DNA of 64,000 nucleotides, from contig NMRA01000049.1 of the NCBI GenBank assembly GCA_002633005.1, forward strand, positions 784,394-848,393, in the 5' to 3' direction. Each line of letters opens with the position of its first letter. The first letter of the stretch is position 1. Below, one piece after another: positions 37,488 to 51,454 of the stretch. The translations under genes and the position numbers were made by a program. The notes under the pieces are model-generated. The model had not been told where the DNA came from, searched no databases, and saw only the letters and a list, made by a program, of their open reading frames with translations. This stretch comes from Phoronis australis (lineage: Eukaryota; Animalia; Phoronida).

Positions 37488-37583
37488 CTTTCCCAAGGTG
37501 AAGAAATCGTTGTGAAGTTTCACACTTTCAGCAAACACTTCCTGTGACAGTTTGAGATCGTGTATCCCGGTCTCAAGACTTTG
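37488..37583 (-). CDS. TRIM exon 2 (96-nt coiled-coil exon)
   Basis: tttatag|QSLETGIHDLKLSQEVFAESVKLHNDFFTLGK|gtacat. A 96-nt phase 0/0 exon is typical of TRIM genes. Confidence 0.8.
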
Positions 37584-38908
37584 CTATAAATGATCAAGAA
37601 AAGCCTGCATGCATGTCTGAATTGGTGTCCCACGAGACAAGTGCCCAAATAAAAATTTACCGCAATCCCTTTTCAAGTTTCCTCCGTCGCATGCCAGCAG
37701 AATGAATAATTATGGGAAATACGTTGGCCAAGATTGTGAGTTGTGTACACAGCCCAGAAGAATTATAAGGGCAACAGGTGGCGTCTTCTGTCATAAACCA
37801 CAAGTTTTTGTGTACTAATATCTTTTTCAGTGAGGCGTGGAATATGTTGCAAGTAGTTTATCCCGTTCAATCCGCCATCTTTTTGATCACATAACGTGAC
37901 TTAATGAATATAAGACATTCGCACACACAAACTGCCTATTGGAATATCGGAGAATTTTAGGGGGGCATGGCCCCCTTGGCCCCTCCCCCTAAATCTGCCA
38001 CTGGGAATCCCTAACGATGAAGTAATATAGTCTGCCCTTAAAGATACTCCTTCCGCTCTATTACTGTTAAAAATTTCATAAAACGGATTTTAAAGGAAGT
38101 TAGTTCAGTCGAAATTTAAGCCCAATTGGTGCTCGTTCAACACAACTCCAAATATGTTCAAAAATGAAGTTAATGTGAACTTTTTAGCTTAATTGTTCGA
38201 CTGGCTATGCAGCACCACCTAAAATGGATGTCGTCGTGAATGACAGCTGACTCATGCAATGTGAGTACTCACGCAGTTGCCGCCATAGTAAAACACAAAC
38301 AGAGCTGAAAGTTACAAAAGGTTAATTTATATTTTGGAGATATCTGTCGACTGACGAAATTTATCCTGGTTTTAAATTGGAAACAGTATCTTTTAAAGTT
38401 ATGTAGGACCTTAGAGGCATGTGAATTAAGAAAAAAATCTACAAAACCATAGTACCCCAGTAAAAGTATATGAAAGAGAAAAAAAGTAGCATTTTTTTAC
38501 GTTTGGCTTTTTAACAATCTGTCATCAATTGGGGCACACGACTTTGTCTTTTTGTTATGATTTAGTAAAAAAGAAAGGTACTTTGCTAGAAAAAAATGAA
38601 TCAATAACACGACCGAATTTATTTGATATAAATAGACAAGATGAAATCTCAAAAACGCTGTTGCGGTTTTCTAAATCCACGCGCGCACCTAGCCTAAAAC
38701 ATAGGGGGCTCAAATTGTTTAATATGCGACCTTTTACTGAAAGAAATCAACGAGGACTAAAAAAAACTCCACAAATATTCCTTCTCATTTTCCCTTATCT
38801 CAAGTTATAGCCGCTACCTACGTAATGGGGACCTGCAGTTGCATTTTGTTTCGTCGTGTAACAGAGAGTGAATGTGCACGCAATGTAACAAAATAATAAA
38901 ATGACAAC

Positions 38909-39538
38909 CTTCATTTTTCTGTACGCGACATCAATGGCGTCCGAAGTGTGTCCCGTATGCCCGTCAACCAGCAGACACTGCATGCACACCAGATCGCGAC
39001 ACGTCTCGCAGTACATGGAACACGTTTCACCGTGTTGAGAACATTTCACTTCCTTTGGCCTGGGATGGCGCTTTGGAGCAATCAAACTGTGGGTGGAAAA
39101 CGGTTCCCTGTGGGGATGAGACAGTTCCAAGCACATGCTACAATAAGACGCATTGCAGTCCACACAGGACTTAACTGCCCTGCGCGGGTTGCCCCGGCAG
39201 AGTTGACAGGCAATTTCACGACTCCTCAATTGTGTGTCGTCACGAGCAGGGTCCACTAAGGTATCTTGTGCGTCATCTTTATATCTCTGAATTATATTCT
39301 CCAGTGTCAAAACTCGAGGAAGATTTTCCACGCCACCTGCAACATAGCAATTATCGCGGCATATCGGACAGCGAACAAAATTGTGTTGGAATAGTCTATC
39401 TGCACACGGAAAACGACAAAGGATATGCGAACACGGCAGGATGGTTGGTTGCTTGTACAATTCCAGACAGACAGAACACTGCAGCTCGCTGGCTAGATCT
39501 TCCATCGACATCTGGCGCTTAAGGCTTGACTGCGCCAT
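38909..39538 (-). CDS. TRIM E3 ligase exon 1 (RING, B-box1, B-box2)
   Basis: ELQCSVCLELYKQPTILPCSHILC..CPICR is a RING; CQLC..AVKSCVDCNASYC..C...H..REPFSTHSL is B-box1; CSQH..YCETCRDLVCMQC..GHTGH is B-box2. GT donor after KMK, phase 0. Confidence 0.92.
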
Positions 39539-39829
39539 CAGTGCATTAGGTTTGATATGGTAGTTTTAGATCTCGAACTAACAAACAAAGTTGTGCTCCA
39601 AGTGTACGATCAACGAGACTCTGTTTGTGTAGACTGTCAGCTAAAATAGACAGATTAAATCCATTACCAGCTGTGGCAAAACAGTGTCATAATAATACTA
39701 AGACGTTTCTTTATAAATAGCCAAATAGTACACAATTTCGTTTTCCTGACACTCCACATTCTCAATGCTACAATAACCAACATGATGAAAGGGTCAAGCC
39801 AACAAGTTAAAGGTCATGCAGGATTTTTC

Positions 39830-40870
39830 TAGATATCGTCCGGAAACGCTATTCTAAAAAAACTGAAAGCCTTCGTCTCCCATCCCTGTGATGCCCTACA
39901 CTCTAGTGCCAAATTTTATCAAAAGACGACCCAGTTTTTTCAGATATTAGGAAGAAAACAGAACAACTTGACAAAATGACCATAAGGGGGTGCTGCAGTG
40001 GTCATATCCGACAAAATAGTGTAGGCGCCATGCAGGTACACGTTCAGTTTCAAGTATCATTGGAATCCATCAATCAGTACTCTAGGTATAGTTAGGAAAG
40101 CTCTTCCCCAGAAACAGTGAAAAGCTTCCTGCCAAAATGTAAACGGCTACCGGATGCCCGTCACATATTTCTGTATCAAGTTTCGGCGATATCCGTCTCC
40201 AGTTCTCTAGATACCGTCCAGAAATACTCGTCCATACAAAAATACTGCCTCGTAGAGTCTGAAATGTTCATTAGAGGGTGCTACAGTAATCGAATCCATC
40301 TGAAAATCGACTGGTACCGCTACAGTGTTGACACGTAGCCTACGTCTATGTCAATTTTCATTGAAATTCGCCCATTGGTTCTCTTTATATCAACCGGAAA
40401 CGATCTTCCCCAAAAACGTCGGAAAGCCCCACACCCTGGCTCAGGTGACACGGCAAAAAGAAAACTGGCATAAGTGCAACACTCTAGCGATTCCCTAGGC
40501 CTTGTGTCAAATTTTATCAAAATACAACCATGGACTTTAAGAATATGGATCAGTTAACAGAATAACGGTACACAATGGCCGTGAGGTGGTACTGCAGTTG
40601 TCGAATTTGTCCAAAACATGCCTGGTGCCGATGCATAGCCGTAACAAATTTCATTGAAATCCGCCTATCAGCTCTCAAGAGATCCGGAAACTTGCTTGTA
40701 TACCCGGCCCCCAATTAAAGTATTCGAAGCCTATTACTGCGAACAAAATGGCCACTAGATTGCGTTGCAGAAGCTAAATTCGTTCGAAAACAACCGGCTG
40801 TTGCCTACGCAATACCATTAAATACGACTGTGTCGAGTTTCTTTGAAATCCGTCAAACGGTTGTCTACCG
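39830..40870. repeat. Array of the same dispersed repeat family
   Basis: Repeated CCAAATTTTATCAAAA / TTTCATTGAAATCCG / ATGGCCACTAG motifs. Confidence 0.55.
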
Positions 40871-43800
40871 AAAAATACATAGGCCGTGGGCCGGCCACAG
40901 GCAACTTATGAAACCTGACATTCGTGAGGTAATTTATTTCGTTTTGATGTTTTTGAGATTACAAACCATTGCAAATAGTTTCCAGGTTTAAACTTGAACA
41001 TTTCCATGAACTTGGATTTTTAAATTTGGCTAATTCTACAAATTAGATATGGGCTAGAACATACTAAAACAATGAAATAAGCTGTCTATGATATGCGATA
41101 CTGAAAATATCATTTCCTTAGGTTACTTGAATTCGATAAAAGCGCCTACACCGTAGAGTTTCTTATTTTTTTCACATCAAAATGCGACTGCTATCATCTT
41201 AGGTTTGCACATGAAAACTGACTTAAAGAGGCTGAGAACCTGCATTAAATCTAAAAAGCGAATACTTGATGACACTTAACGCTGTAAAATTGGTCTCAAC
41301 TTATTTCGTACTCAGGGATCTCTGGGTTTACCAACAACTGACAATTTTTTATTCGTTGAGACCACACTGCGGGCATTATATTCATCAGTTCAGCATAATA
41401 CCATATGGCCGAATATGTCTGATAGCATCATTGGCTTATCCGTGTTAAGATAAGTCTTAGACAAAGGATTTTGTATGTCCAAAACATCACGTGACCCTGG
41501 AGCCATGCCAACTGCACCTCATCACCGCTGACCGCATTCGCCAAAGTTCATAATACCTACACTGCAACATGGCTTCATCTCTGACGTGAACACCTGGAAC
41601 CCTTTTATACGCAATTTTCTGGTTCACAACATAACTTCAAGCAACCCAACCAGACATGTTGGCAATACATTTGTCTGGGAATCGATCAACCTAAACTCTG
41701 TAAAATTTGACGCAATAACTTACTTATTTCGCCAAACGTTATCGAAAATTTGCGGACATTTTGACTGCACAGCCTTGAGACTTGGCTTTCTGAATGGACA
41801 TGCACCTACGTGTATTTGGAAAGCTACACTCACATACATGTACATGCAGCTGAGGTTAGTTTAGAGGAACACTGGCATCATTGAATGTACATAACAACCG
41901 AAGCTGTGGCATCCGTAACATATACTCACATTGTTAAATCCAAACTTTGCTCCAGTAGACACGAGCACGTATTGAGATTCAGTATACAACGTGTCTTGCG
42001 CTGGACACTGGAATATGAGGTGCGATATAAACACTGGTCGCATGCCAGACGTTTTCGCTTCGTATGCCAACAGACTGTCTCATTCGATAATTCAACGGAA
42101 CCATGCCAACAGCGCTGGCCAATTACCATTGCCAGCTGAAAACGGCGCCAGCAGTGTTTTCGAAGTCATCACAGAAGCTACTGGCCGTGTCCATTCTGTG
42201 GATTTTTTAAAAGTTCGTTCCCAGTTAACAAACGTTCATGGAATTCAACTATTTTTATCAGTTCTTGCCACATATTGAACACTTGGGCAGCGGGAAAACA
42301 GGGTCGACACGAGACAGTACCAAAACCAGCCGACGAAAGACACTAAACAACTGAAGTGCCCTCTTAATTGCTTCTCCTGTTGCCAGCTAAACATTGCAAT
42401 TTGCCCTGAGGCTCATTTGAGGTGAGATCATTCCCATTTGTCAGAGCATTTTGACCTAATATCGACCAGAATACTCTGTGACGTACATGTATACAACATT
42501 GGTCCCAAACTTTGCCAGTGCCTCACTCACTTCAGTGGTGCAAGAGAAGAGAAAGTCGCAAGGATGAGGGGAGAAACCACAAGTTTTGAAGGAAAATGTT
42601 GACACTGCCTCTAAAAAAGGATGCCAGCAGGTATATTTTGGTGTTTTTGGTCGTCTGTATGCACTCTTGCTAGCTACAGGGGACTAAGCCCGCACCCTCC
42701 TAGCTGCCCCTTCACTGCATATCTGCGATCCATTATAGATCTGGGTAGCGCTGCTTTTTCAATTAAGTATAGTAGACATATATTCACCACGACTTTCATG
42801 ATAAGATTTTCTGAGCCCCGAGCCAGTGCCCGGACCCCGCTTTATTGAACCAGTTGACGTCAAAGTCTTTCTCATGTCAATTAAAGTTGTGATTTCAGGT
42901 ACGGTCTAACAGTGTTAAGTTTTCTTGCAGAAATGAAAACACCATGCCGGCAATTTTCTTGAAATTCTAGCTTTTAAGTTTTTGTAAGTTACACGTGGGT
43001 TATTTTTCACTGTTTGTGATCAGAAAAAAATCAAGCTTCACTATCTTCAACGGATTTGAAATCCGTTGAGAGATAGACGGAAGCCTAAAGGTTTTGATAT
43101 GTTGGGATCTTCCTTTTTTATTGGCTCCGGGGTAAAATACACGGACTTCTATATAAAAAACAACGTTTATTCTGTGCGTGTGTGAACTATCATTGGCATA
43201 AATTCTGGGGGTTGTCCAGGATGTGACCCTTGCTCTCAATACTTGACGAGTTAATTGGTCAACGAGAGGAAAATCTGCTCGAGGAAAGAAAAGGTTGAAC
43301 AAGAGTGCTAGTACAAATATTCAAAATTTTCAGAGTTTGAAAACTATATGGGGTCGCGTGGACTTTTTATCCATCTTTGTGATAAATTCATCCTATACTT
43401 AACTGCTGCTATTCCTGCGGAAATATGTTTATGTGGTGTTTTGCGTAAAATTAAAGAGGCATACTGTTTCACTCGACGGTCGACAAAAAGTTCTTAGTAA
43501 CGTTTCGGTCTCGTGCATGTACGTTCAAATCTCAACTCGTTTCAAAAAATTTACGCCGTGAATTTTCTCGCGGGAGAGTTGTTGTAGTTTTGTACTCCAT
43601 GGCGCGGCAACTCATGTCAGAGGGACCTCACCAGTCAAAAAGGCGTTGACATTCGATTTTAAGATTGCCGTAATGGTCATGTGTGTTGTCTTGAAGAAAA
43701 TAAAACTTTTTGCCACAGAGCAACATACGTACGCATATCGCCGTCACCATGCAATAAGTAAACGACCCGTTTCACCACCCACATTAGATAAATGCTAGCG

Positions 43801-44797
43801 TCCAGTTTGCTAATTAAAATTTTATACTCAGGTAGAACAGTTAGCAAACAGAAGGGCAGAAAGTTTGACCTAAGTTTTGATTTTGCATGAAACGTGTCGC
43901 CAGTCGATGGTTGAGGTCCTCGATCAAATAGTCTCATTTGCTGACACTTGGTTCACCTATGGACTATGAATGACTAAATTACTTTGTTTTATCGTGGGAA
44001 AGTAAACCGTTTGACTGATGCAATAGCATAATTTCTGAAACCATCAACAGCGATTTTGAGCAGAAAAACAATTGAAATTGAAAAATCTCGAGGCAATCAC
44101 ATTGGTACAATGCCAGCAACAAAATTATTGGTAACTAGGACTAGAAATTATTGGTAACTAGAACCAGAAATTAGTTTTTTGATTTGTAAAGTTAATGTTC
44201 AACGTAGTTGTTGTGTTGTTGAAACGACAATGGTCTTTCTTTCAAAATGTTTTAGTTACTTTACCAATCATTAGTTTAGTTTTAGGTAAACTATACACAC
44301 GGTGCCTTCTGGCATATACGAAAGAATACCAAAACGTGATTGGCCTACATGTACGCTGTTGAGTTGTGATAGGAGGACACGTTCCATGAATTTGTCCGTC
44401 AGAAAATGAATTGTCGTTTTTCATTTAACGGACTTTAGATGAAAAAACACGCACACAATGTGTATTTTTCCGTGCTGGCTGACGAGTTGAGCATAGTGCA
44501 TTGAGACATACAGCTGTACAAGCCATAGAAACGCCTTGGTCGATTGAGCGATGCGGTTCTTGGATTGGCTGTGACAGATACAGGCCGGGCGCTACGTACA
44601 CTCAGATTTTGGCTCTCGGTGAGCTTTCGTGGTTATGTCCAAATCAATAAAAAGTTTTTCCTCCTCTATTGAAGAATAGTAAGCATTAGTTTATATGACA
44701 GATGGGCTAGTCTTCTCAAACGCTGACAGATAAAGTGGCATTTGGCATCATTCGGGTATAGTTGTGCGAATGTTAATTTTTTTACAAAAGCATTTTA

Positions 44798-45161
44798 ATT
44801 AAAAACCGGACGATCGCCGCACAAATAAAAAAGTTCATGTTCAATTCAACGTTTCGTCTCTCCATTAGACATCATCAGGATCATATTTACAACAATTTAG
44901 GACAACAAGTGCCAACATACGGCTCAGGTAACATACATAGAGTGAAGTGAGAGATACACAGAATACAGTGTATAGTCAGAAAATTTCATTAGACATCATC
45001 AGGATCATATTTACAACAATTTAGGACAACAAGTGCCAACATACAGCTCAGGTAACATCCATAGAGTGAAGTGAGAGATACACAGAATATAGTCAGAAAA
45101 GACGAAACGTTGAATTCAACATGAACTTTTTTATTTGTGCGGCGATCGTCCGGTTTTTAAT
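44798..45161. mobile_element. Penelope-type pLTR remnant: 62-bp inverted arms around two ~120-bp direct repeats, with a hammerhead
   Basis: 44798-44859 and 45100-45161 are reverse complements with one mismatch. Direct repeats start at 44863 and 44987. Confidence 0.8.
44845..44882 (-). ncRNA. Minimal hammerhead ribozyme motif
   Basis: Minus strand: GATC-CTGATGA-T-GTCT-aatggag-AGAC-GAAACGTT-GAAT. Stem II is a perfect 4 bp and stem III is the palindrome AACGTT. Confidence 0.75.
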
Positions 45162-47372
45162 CTTATTGTGGCCGAAAACTGATTTAAGTACTTTAATTGT
45201 AATTGAAGCATTTCCAGGCCTCATCCGTTGCCGCACAGTAACTCAAGCCATACGGGGTGCCATACGCAATGAGTACATGCGCCTGCAGTTGGTTGGCAAC
45301 CCCAAATAAACGTTTTCTCGAATTCGTTGTTGACCGATTGGCTGACTGACTTATGGGAGACAGAATCCAATTACGCCGGCAAATGATACCTTAAAATACA
45401 AACTGAGACGAATTCAAGGTTCTTATGATACATGTAAAAAGCCTAATTTGAGTTTTTTTTTTTTTCTTGCGTGCGCCTCGCTCGACCATTTTCTCTTGTC
45501 AAGTCCGGGAGCGCTTTTGGGTTTCATTCCACCGCTCAACAATTACAGAAATACCATGTCTCCTAAACTACAATTTAAGACTTTTTTCAAGTGATTTTGA
45601 CCACAGCCATATTTTGCTGTGCAAACCTGTACACATTACTTCCTGGCACGACTTTGTCGGGGCATAGAACTCTCAGTAGCATGCCAACTTCGAACTCGCG
45701 TTGCTGAGATTGTGCCGTGCATTTGTTTGCATTCGTTTGCTCTGGTGTTGGTTATTTCTAAGTTTGCTGTCGCTAAAACTTTTCGTAACTCCGAATTTTT
45801 TTAAACCGAATTGCGTCAGACTCATATCATTAGAATGCCTTTCATCAATTAGGTCTTGATGGTGTATCGATTAAAGTACAAGCAAAAGTAATTTAATTTC
45901 ACTCATCGGATAAAAAGCGGGGTTCAATCTGTGTAAAAACGCAAGAGTGACATGTTGGTCGCAACACTCAAAAACGTCCCGACTAAGTTTTTATCCAACG
46001 AAAGACGTTACACAGAAAGGTGCCCGACGGCGTTTTTTTTTTGTTTTGTTTTATTTTTTTAGTCGAGTGGGCAATTGCGGGTGCTTCAAAAATCCACGAA
46101 ATATACCGTTTATTCTTTTTAGTTGAACGGGAAAATAGTGCTATGTCGTGTGGGAAATTACAGTAATATATGATATGACAGTGTCGCCGTGTGTCAAAAA
46201 GCGAGACATTTCAATCATGATGGTGTGGCGGTATGGAGGGAAAAAATTCAAGAAGTGGGATAGTCCGCCAAGACTAGACTAGGCACTGAAGCCAGAACAA
46301 TGTACCGGCTGTCTGCAACACAAAGGTAACCTTTCACTTTTAAAAACTTTATTCCACAGGTATAGTTAGGTCTAAATGCTACAGTTAACATCCACAGCTA
46401 AGAACTCCAATTAACAATAAAATGTCTCTGCAACTGGCGAACACTGATTGCACAAATTGGCAGTGAGTAATAGCTACGCAAATACGGGTAGTTCGAAAGT
46501 CATGGAAACACACCTGCTTAAGTAGTTGGGGGTAAACTTATCATTTATATTTGAAAAACAAGCACCCATAAACCAAATTTTCACTTCCCTTGTCCGTAAA
46601 ATACAGTACCAGTTATTAAAATGATTTTAACACTGACCGTGCACTTGATGAAAAACCGCACCGGGCAATCATACAGTACATCAGACTAGAGAAAGTTTTA
46701 TGTAATTGTCCACTAGTTTTGCCGCGAGGTAGGTGGTAGTCAAGAAACGTAGCTAGATCAAGAGTCTTGCTTGGTGGAAAAATGTCACAATGGAAATGAA
46801 TCAATGAAATTATTCTTCATGATTTGATAACGCCAAAACTTCGTCAAAACTCAGGCGAGCAGACAGCCAGGCAGTGCGAAACTCTCGCGGCTAGTTTCGT
46901 GGTAGCAAGCTCTAACAATACATTGGTCACGTGCAGGAGTTGGCACTCTGGCACAGCGCTAGTTCCATGGCCTTGGAGTTGGTAGCTGTAGGGTTTCAGT
47001 CGATATATTCTTCCCACCGATCACCGAAACTTCGGTTACTAAAATTGAGCTAACTCTATTTTCAATATGGCTGCGCCCTTATATAGCTGTGACTAGTACA
47101 CTGTACGTACGAAGAGGTCATACTGTGTGTGTGTATGTGGTCTACGGGAACGAGACTTTACATTCCTGCAAGCAATTAGGCAATTAGGCTAAATCGTCCT
47201 GAATACCACTGGCATACAGGGGTCATTCACATAAACTGAAGTCCGGACTGAGGCGGCTGGCAGCCTTACCTACCAACAACACAAACCGGAACTAAAACGC
47301 ATAAATAGATGGGTTGACGGAGATTTGAAGTAAAGGCCAGGTGCACTGTAATAGTTCTGTGTTGTTGTGAGC

Positions 47373-47750
47373 ATGGAAGAATTTATTTTAGCTGGTATTG
47401 CCGGATGTTGCGCCGGGTCCTTTACCAACCCTTTGGAGGTGGTTAAAACGCGCATGCAGTTACAGGGTGAACTGAAAGCAAGAGGCCAATACTCTGTGCA
47501 CTACAGGAATGTCTTCCATGCCTTTTACACCATTGCAAGATGTGATGGTGTTCTGGCTTTGCAAAAAGGACTTGTTCCAGCGTTGTGGTACCAGTTTATC
47601 ATGAACGGAATGAGGCTTGGTTCGTATCAGACATTTGTTAATGCTGGATTGACGAAGAACAGTGATGGTTCTGTCAGTGTTCCACGGAGCTTTGCAGCTG
47701 GTGCTACCTCAGGTGTTATAGGAGCCTTCTTCGCCAGCCCTACATATCTC
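47373..47750 (+). CDS. SLC25A35: Mitochondrial carrier SLC25A35/34-like, exon 1
   Basis: [72 protein letters not shown]; GT donor at 47751. Confidence 0.93.
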
Positions 47751-48190
47751 GTGCGTCTTTCATAATCTTAACTGAGAAAAAAAATGTTTAAGCCTATTTT
47801 AAGCTTTCCTTATAAGTACATATGTAGGCCCGTGTTCTCATATATTTAATGTTAATGTGTTTCATGCTGTAAACTTTAATTCCTCTGTAAATGAGATAAG
47901 GATCGAGTTGGAGAAATCTTTTGAATTTCTTCAATGTCTCATGGTGAGCCTATATAAGTTCATCCACATTCCATTCTCATCAGTGGCAGTGGTCATAAAA
48001 AGGAGTGACTACATTCACAGGGTTAATCATGAGGGTTATTACTGTTTCTTATCAGATCATATCTAAGTAGAAGGATGAAATGCATCCGGACTGTACTTAT
48101 TCTTTTTTCTTTTTGGGACATGAAAACCAATGGAAAAAGAAAAGTACAGTCTGGATGCTGTGCTGTGGACACGTCCCCACATTGTGAGGA

Positions 48191-48396
48191 GATCGCGTGG
48201 CTCAGTGGTTTGAGCTCCGGAGCTCCCTGTTTGGGAGACCCGAGCTCGAATCTTTACTTAACTAATCAACAATTGAGGATCGCATGGAAAGGTGTTTCGT
48301 ACTCCTCTGGGTTTGGTTTTACTGGTGAATTTATGCAAGGGCCGGAGTGAGTGAGAACCAGGATATATTAAAACGATTTCTTCTAGTGCTAATTAA
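48191..48396 (+). mobile_element. tRNA-derived SINE, copy 1
   Basis: A box TGGCTCAGTGG and B-box-like GAGCTCGAATC. The body and tail (ACTCCTCTG..GAGAACC.GGATATA) are shared with the copy at 51248. Confidence 0.7.
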
Positions 48397-49038
48397 AAAG
48401 AGATGCTCACATTGTGATTGATGCAAGTGAATATTTTGACTGTAAAACATTTTATTCAATTTGGTTTGACCATATCCTTGATTAAGTGTATTTCCTAGTT
48501 TATAAGTGAGATTTAATGCATAATCTGTTAAGTTCACTTGTGAAGTTTTATGTGGCCATGCAGTAGGAACAGGTATAACAATCTAATTCAGTGACAAACT
48601 ATTGGCAAAAATTATTTTCGTAATGAAGAATACTGATTGAATATTAGTTAGTCCAGACCTTGTAAAAAGCGTATAATGTTCGGATTAGGATATTAAAGAA
48701 ATGTTTGACTGATTTAAACCATTTAATAAACCTATAGTAAAACCAGTGAAAATGCCAACAGTTATCAGCATTTTATGTAAACTAATACTATTTGCAATCC
48801 ACTATATTTTACATGCTGAATAGCTGAGGATACTTAAAAAAAAAAAGAAATGCGGTGTGCTAAATCTGAAGCAATACTTCCAAGTATGGTTTTACTCAAT
48901 TTTTTCACGCATGACTTGAGCGATATCTGTTGGTTGTCAGTAGGACCCTCTGGGAGCATGTATCTACGGCTTACCCACTGTGAGACAGAATGCAAAATTA
49001 TTTCACGGGAGAGTTTGCATACTTATTTTAATTTACAG

Positions 49039-49257
49039 ATAAAGACTCACTTGCAAGCAAAATCAAGCGACTCAATTGCTGTGGGTCATCAACACAGTCA
49101 CTCAGGGTTTGTGGACGGACTACGAAGTGTCTTGGCCAATGAAGGCTTCCTGGGCTTGTGGCGTGGGGCGTCAGCGGCCATGGTTAGAGTTACTATGGGA
49201 TCATCCACACAACTGGCGACATTCTCAAAGACAAAAGCTTATGTTGAAAAACTCAAT
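49039..49257 (+). CDS. SLC25A35: SLC25A35-like exon 2
   Basis: tttacag|IKTHLQAKSSDSIAVGHQHSH...GLWRGASAAMVRVTMGSSTQLATFS..LN|gtatgt. Confidence 0.93.
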
Positions 49258-51247
49258 GTATGTAGATCAGCAAATATAAAGGGGCACTTGTTTTCCACAT
49301 GTACCGAATCCATTTGAATTTACAACGTGGGTGTGGAATTTCAGAAAACTCGCACAAGATCAAGGTAGAATTGAATTCTATCCAACCAATTATTGTCACT
49401 TGAAAACAAACTTCGTCAAGAGGAGATTTTGGAGATTTAACCAACCTGCTTTGGGAAGGAAATTTTTTCATCTTTTCTCATTTTTTGCTAAGTTCTGAGG
49501 CATACCTAGTGCCGTTGATTATGTAAAATAATTGAATATGTAAAGAATTTTGTAAAAAGTATGGTGAATGTGCCTCTTTCAGGGATGAGAGTTTTACGCT
49601 TTTCGTCAGATTTCCTCTTTTTCTGAGTAAAAATTAAGGTCTTTATGCAATCATAGAATCTGTTGATCATTCTTATCATTAATTTTTTTATGTGGGTAGG
49701 GCATGCTCGTCATTCCTACGGCGATCGTTCGTGTTTACATTTTCACCATCTTTATTGTTGCTAAGTCATGTGGTAGTAAGAATACATGTTATCTAAATTG
49801 TAATTGGCCGAAACATCAGTTCTGAGAACATATCCAATCACTTGTAACATTTCTTACAAATTAAAGTACCCACAACATAATGTACATATGTTAATTGGCT
49901 GCTCGTCATAAGTGTCTCTTTTGTATTGGCTTTCTACTAAAAATGATGACTACAATTGACAAGTGAGACGAAGTGAAGGAGTGTGAAATTGAGGATGATA
50001 TTAAAAACAAATTTTGGTGAGATTGGTTGGATTGTAAAATTATAACTTTAGTGGATGGGAAGCATTGGACGTCGCGGTAAAAGCACTGTACTGTTTGTGA
50101 TGATGTTTTTAACTACCAATCAAGAGGACGGACACACATTTCCATGTAAATATAGAAAAATGACACCAGGTTGTCTTATAAATTACTAGAGCTCAAACTG
50201 TGGGAAAAGTGGTTTGTAATGCCTTACGATTCAACATTTTTCCTCCAGACCTCCCCCCTTCAGCACCTTCAAAGTATTTGACAAACATCTGTGCTTATTT
50301 CATGAACACCTACTCCTATCCCAGCTTTTTAATGTTAACTTAAATGTCTGATCACATGAAACAAACTTTCAATATTTCAGGCTCAGGTTACGTCAAACCT
50401 GACTTGTACGTGGCAGATGCCTTGTTAATGATCTATATTCAGAATAAATTGGATTTTTGAATATAGAAGCACAGTTTTATCCAGAAACTGCTTTGTGGCT
50501 GGTTCATTGTGAATGTTTAATTGGGATAGTACCATTTTCTGCATACCTCAGGCAAGTTGTCAAAACATACTAAATAATTCGAATATGTAGAGAATGGTTG
50601 TGCTCAGATATAGGATGCGGATCTATGGCAACCTGGTTGTTGTCTTCATTGCTGACATGCATCACCGCGTGATGCCAAGATTACATTCTTGTATAAGTCA
50701 CTATTAGCCCATGATTGTCAACAGCGGATGGCTGAAAGGACCGCTGTGGAACCATTCTTGAGCAGGTCCCCGTATTGCTGGCCAAATTGCAACTTCGTTT
50801 TCCATTCCTCTTACTGCCAAAGAGAGACCTGAAAGGTGACTAACTGTGCAGCTGGGCTGTCCCTTGCCATTCCTTAGAAGTCTGGGTGATGCCCTATTGA
50901 TGTGCATTTAGGTTAAAATGTCACCAGTTTATAACGCAGTGGAGCATGCACGTGAAATTCTCTTTTTTCATGTTTTCCATCATAGTTAATCAGCAACAAG
51001 TTGATGCTTTATCATTTTCGTGTTCTATACCATGATGTGCTACCACAAGACAATGTTTTGAGAAATTGCGACTGTTGACAGCAAGCCGGCTTTGGAAAAG
51101 GTCAATTTTGTCGATTATTTTTGTCCGACTTTGGTGAGAATGGCACTATATCTTTATTGATTTCTCTTAACCTTACTTTCCTAAACTTCAAAGTGCATTT
51201 ACATTAATTTTAATTTAAGCAAAGGCGTGATGACGTGCTTTTGAGGT

Positions 51248-51434
51248 GACGGTGTGGCCGAGTGGTTTGAGCTCCGAACTCCCGTTTGCGACACCTGGGT
51301 TGGAATCCTGGCTTTACTCAAGACAATCGAGCATTACACTCCTCTGAGCTTGGTCATAACTTGTAAATGTATACAGGGAATGAATGAGAACCTGGATATA
51401 ATGCGAAAGCAATTTCTGGGACTGCTCATTTAAA
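51248..51434 (+). mobile_element. tRNA-derived SINE, copy 2
   Basis: A box TGGCCGAGTGG and B box GGTTGGAATCC. Homologous to the copy at 48191. Confidence 0.7.
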
Positions 51435-51454
51435 CCCTGCTTTTATTGTTGCAG

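Noticed and set aside
41460-42350. Coding-like stretch with several overlapping short ORFs
   Set aside because: No recognisable domain or consistent exon frame; probably a decayed transposon.
48191-48260. tRNA gene
   Set aside because: No complete cloverleaf, and it continues into a body shared with 51248, so it is a SINE.
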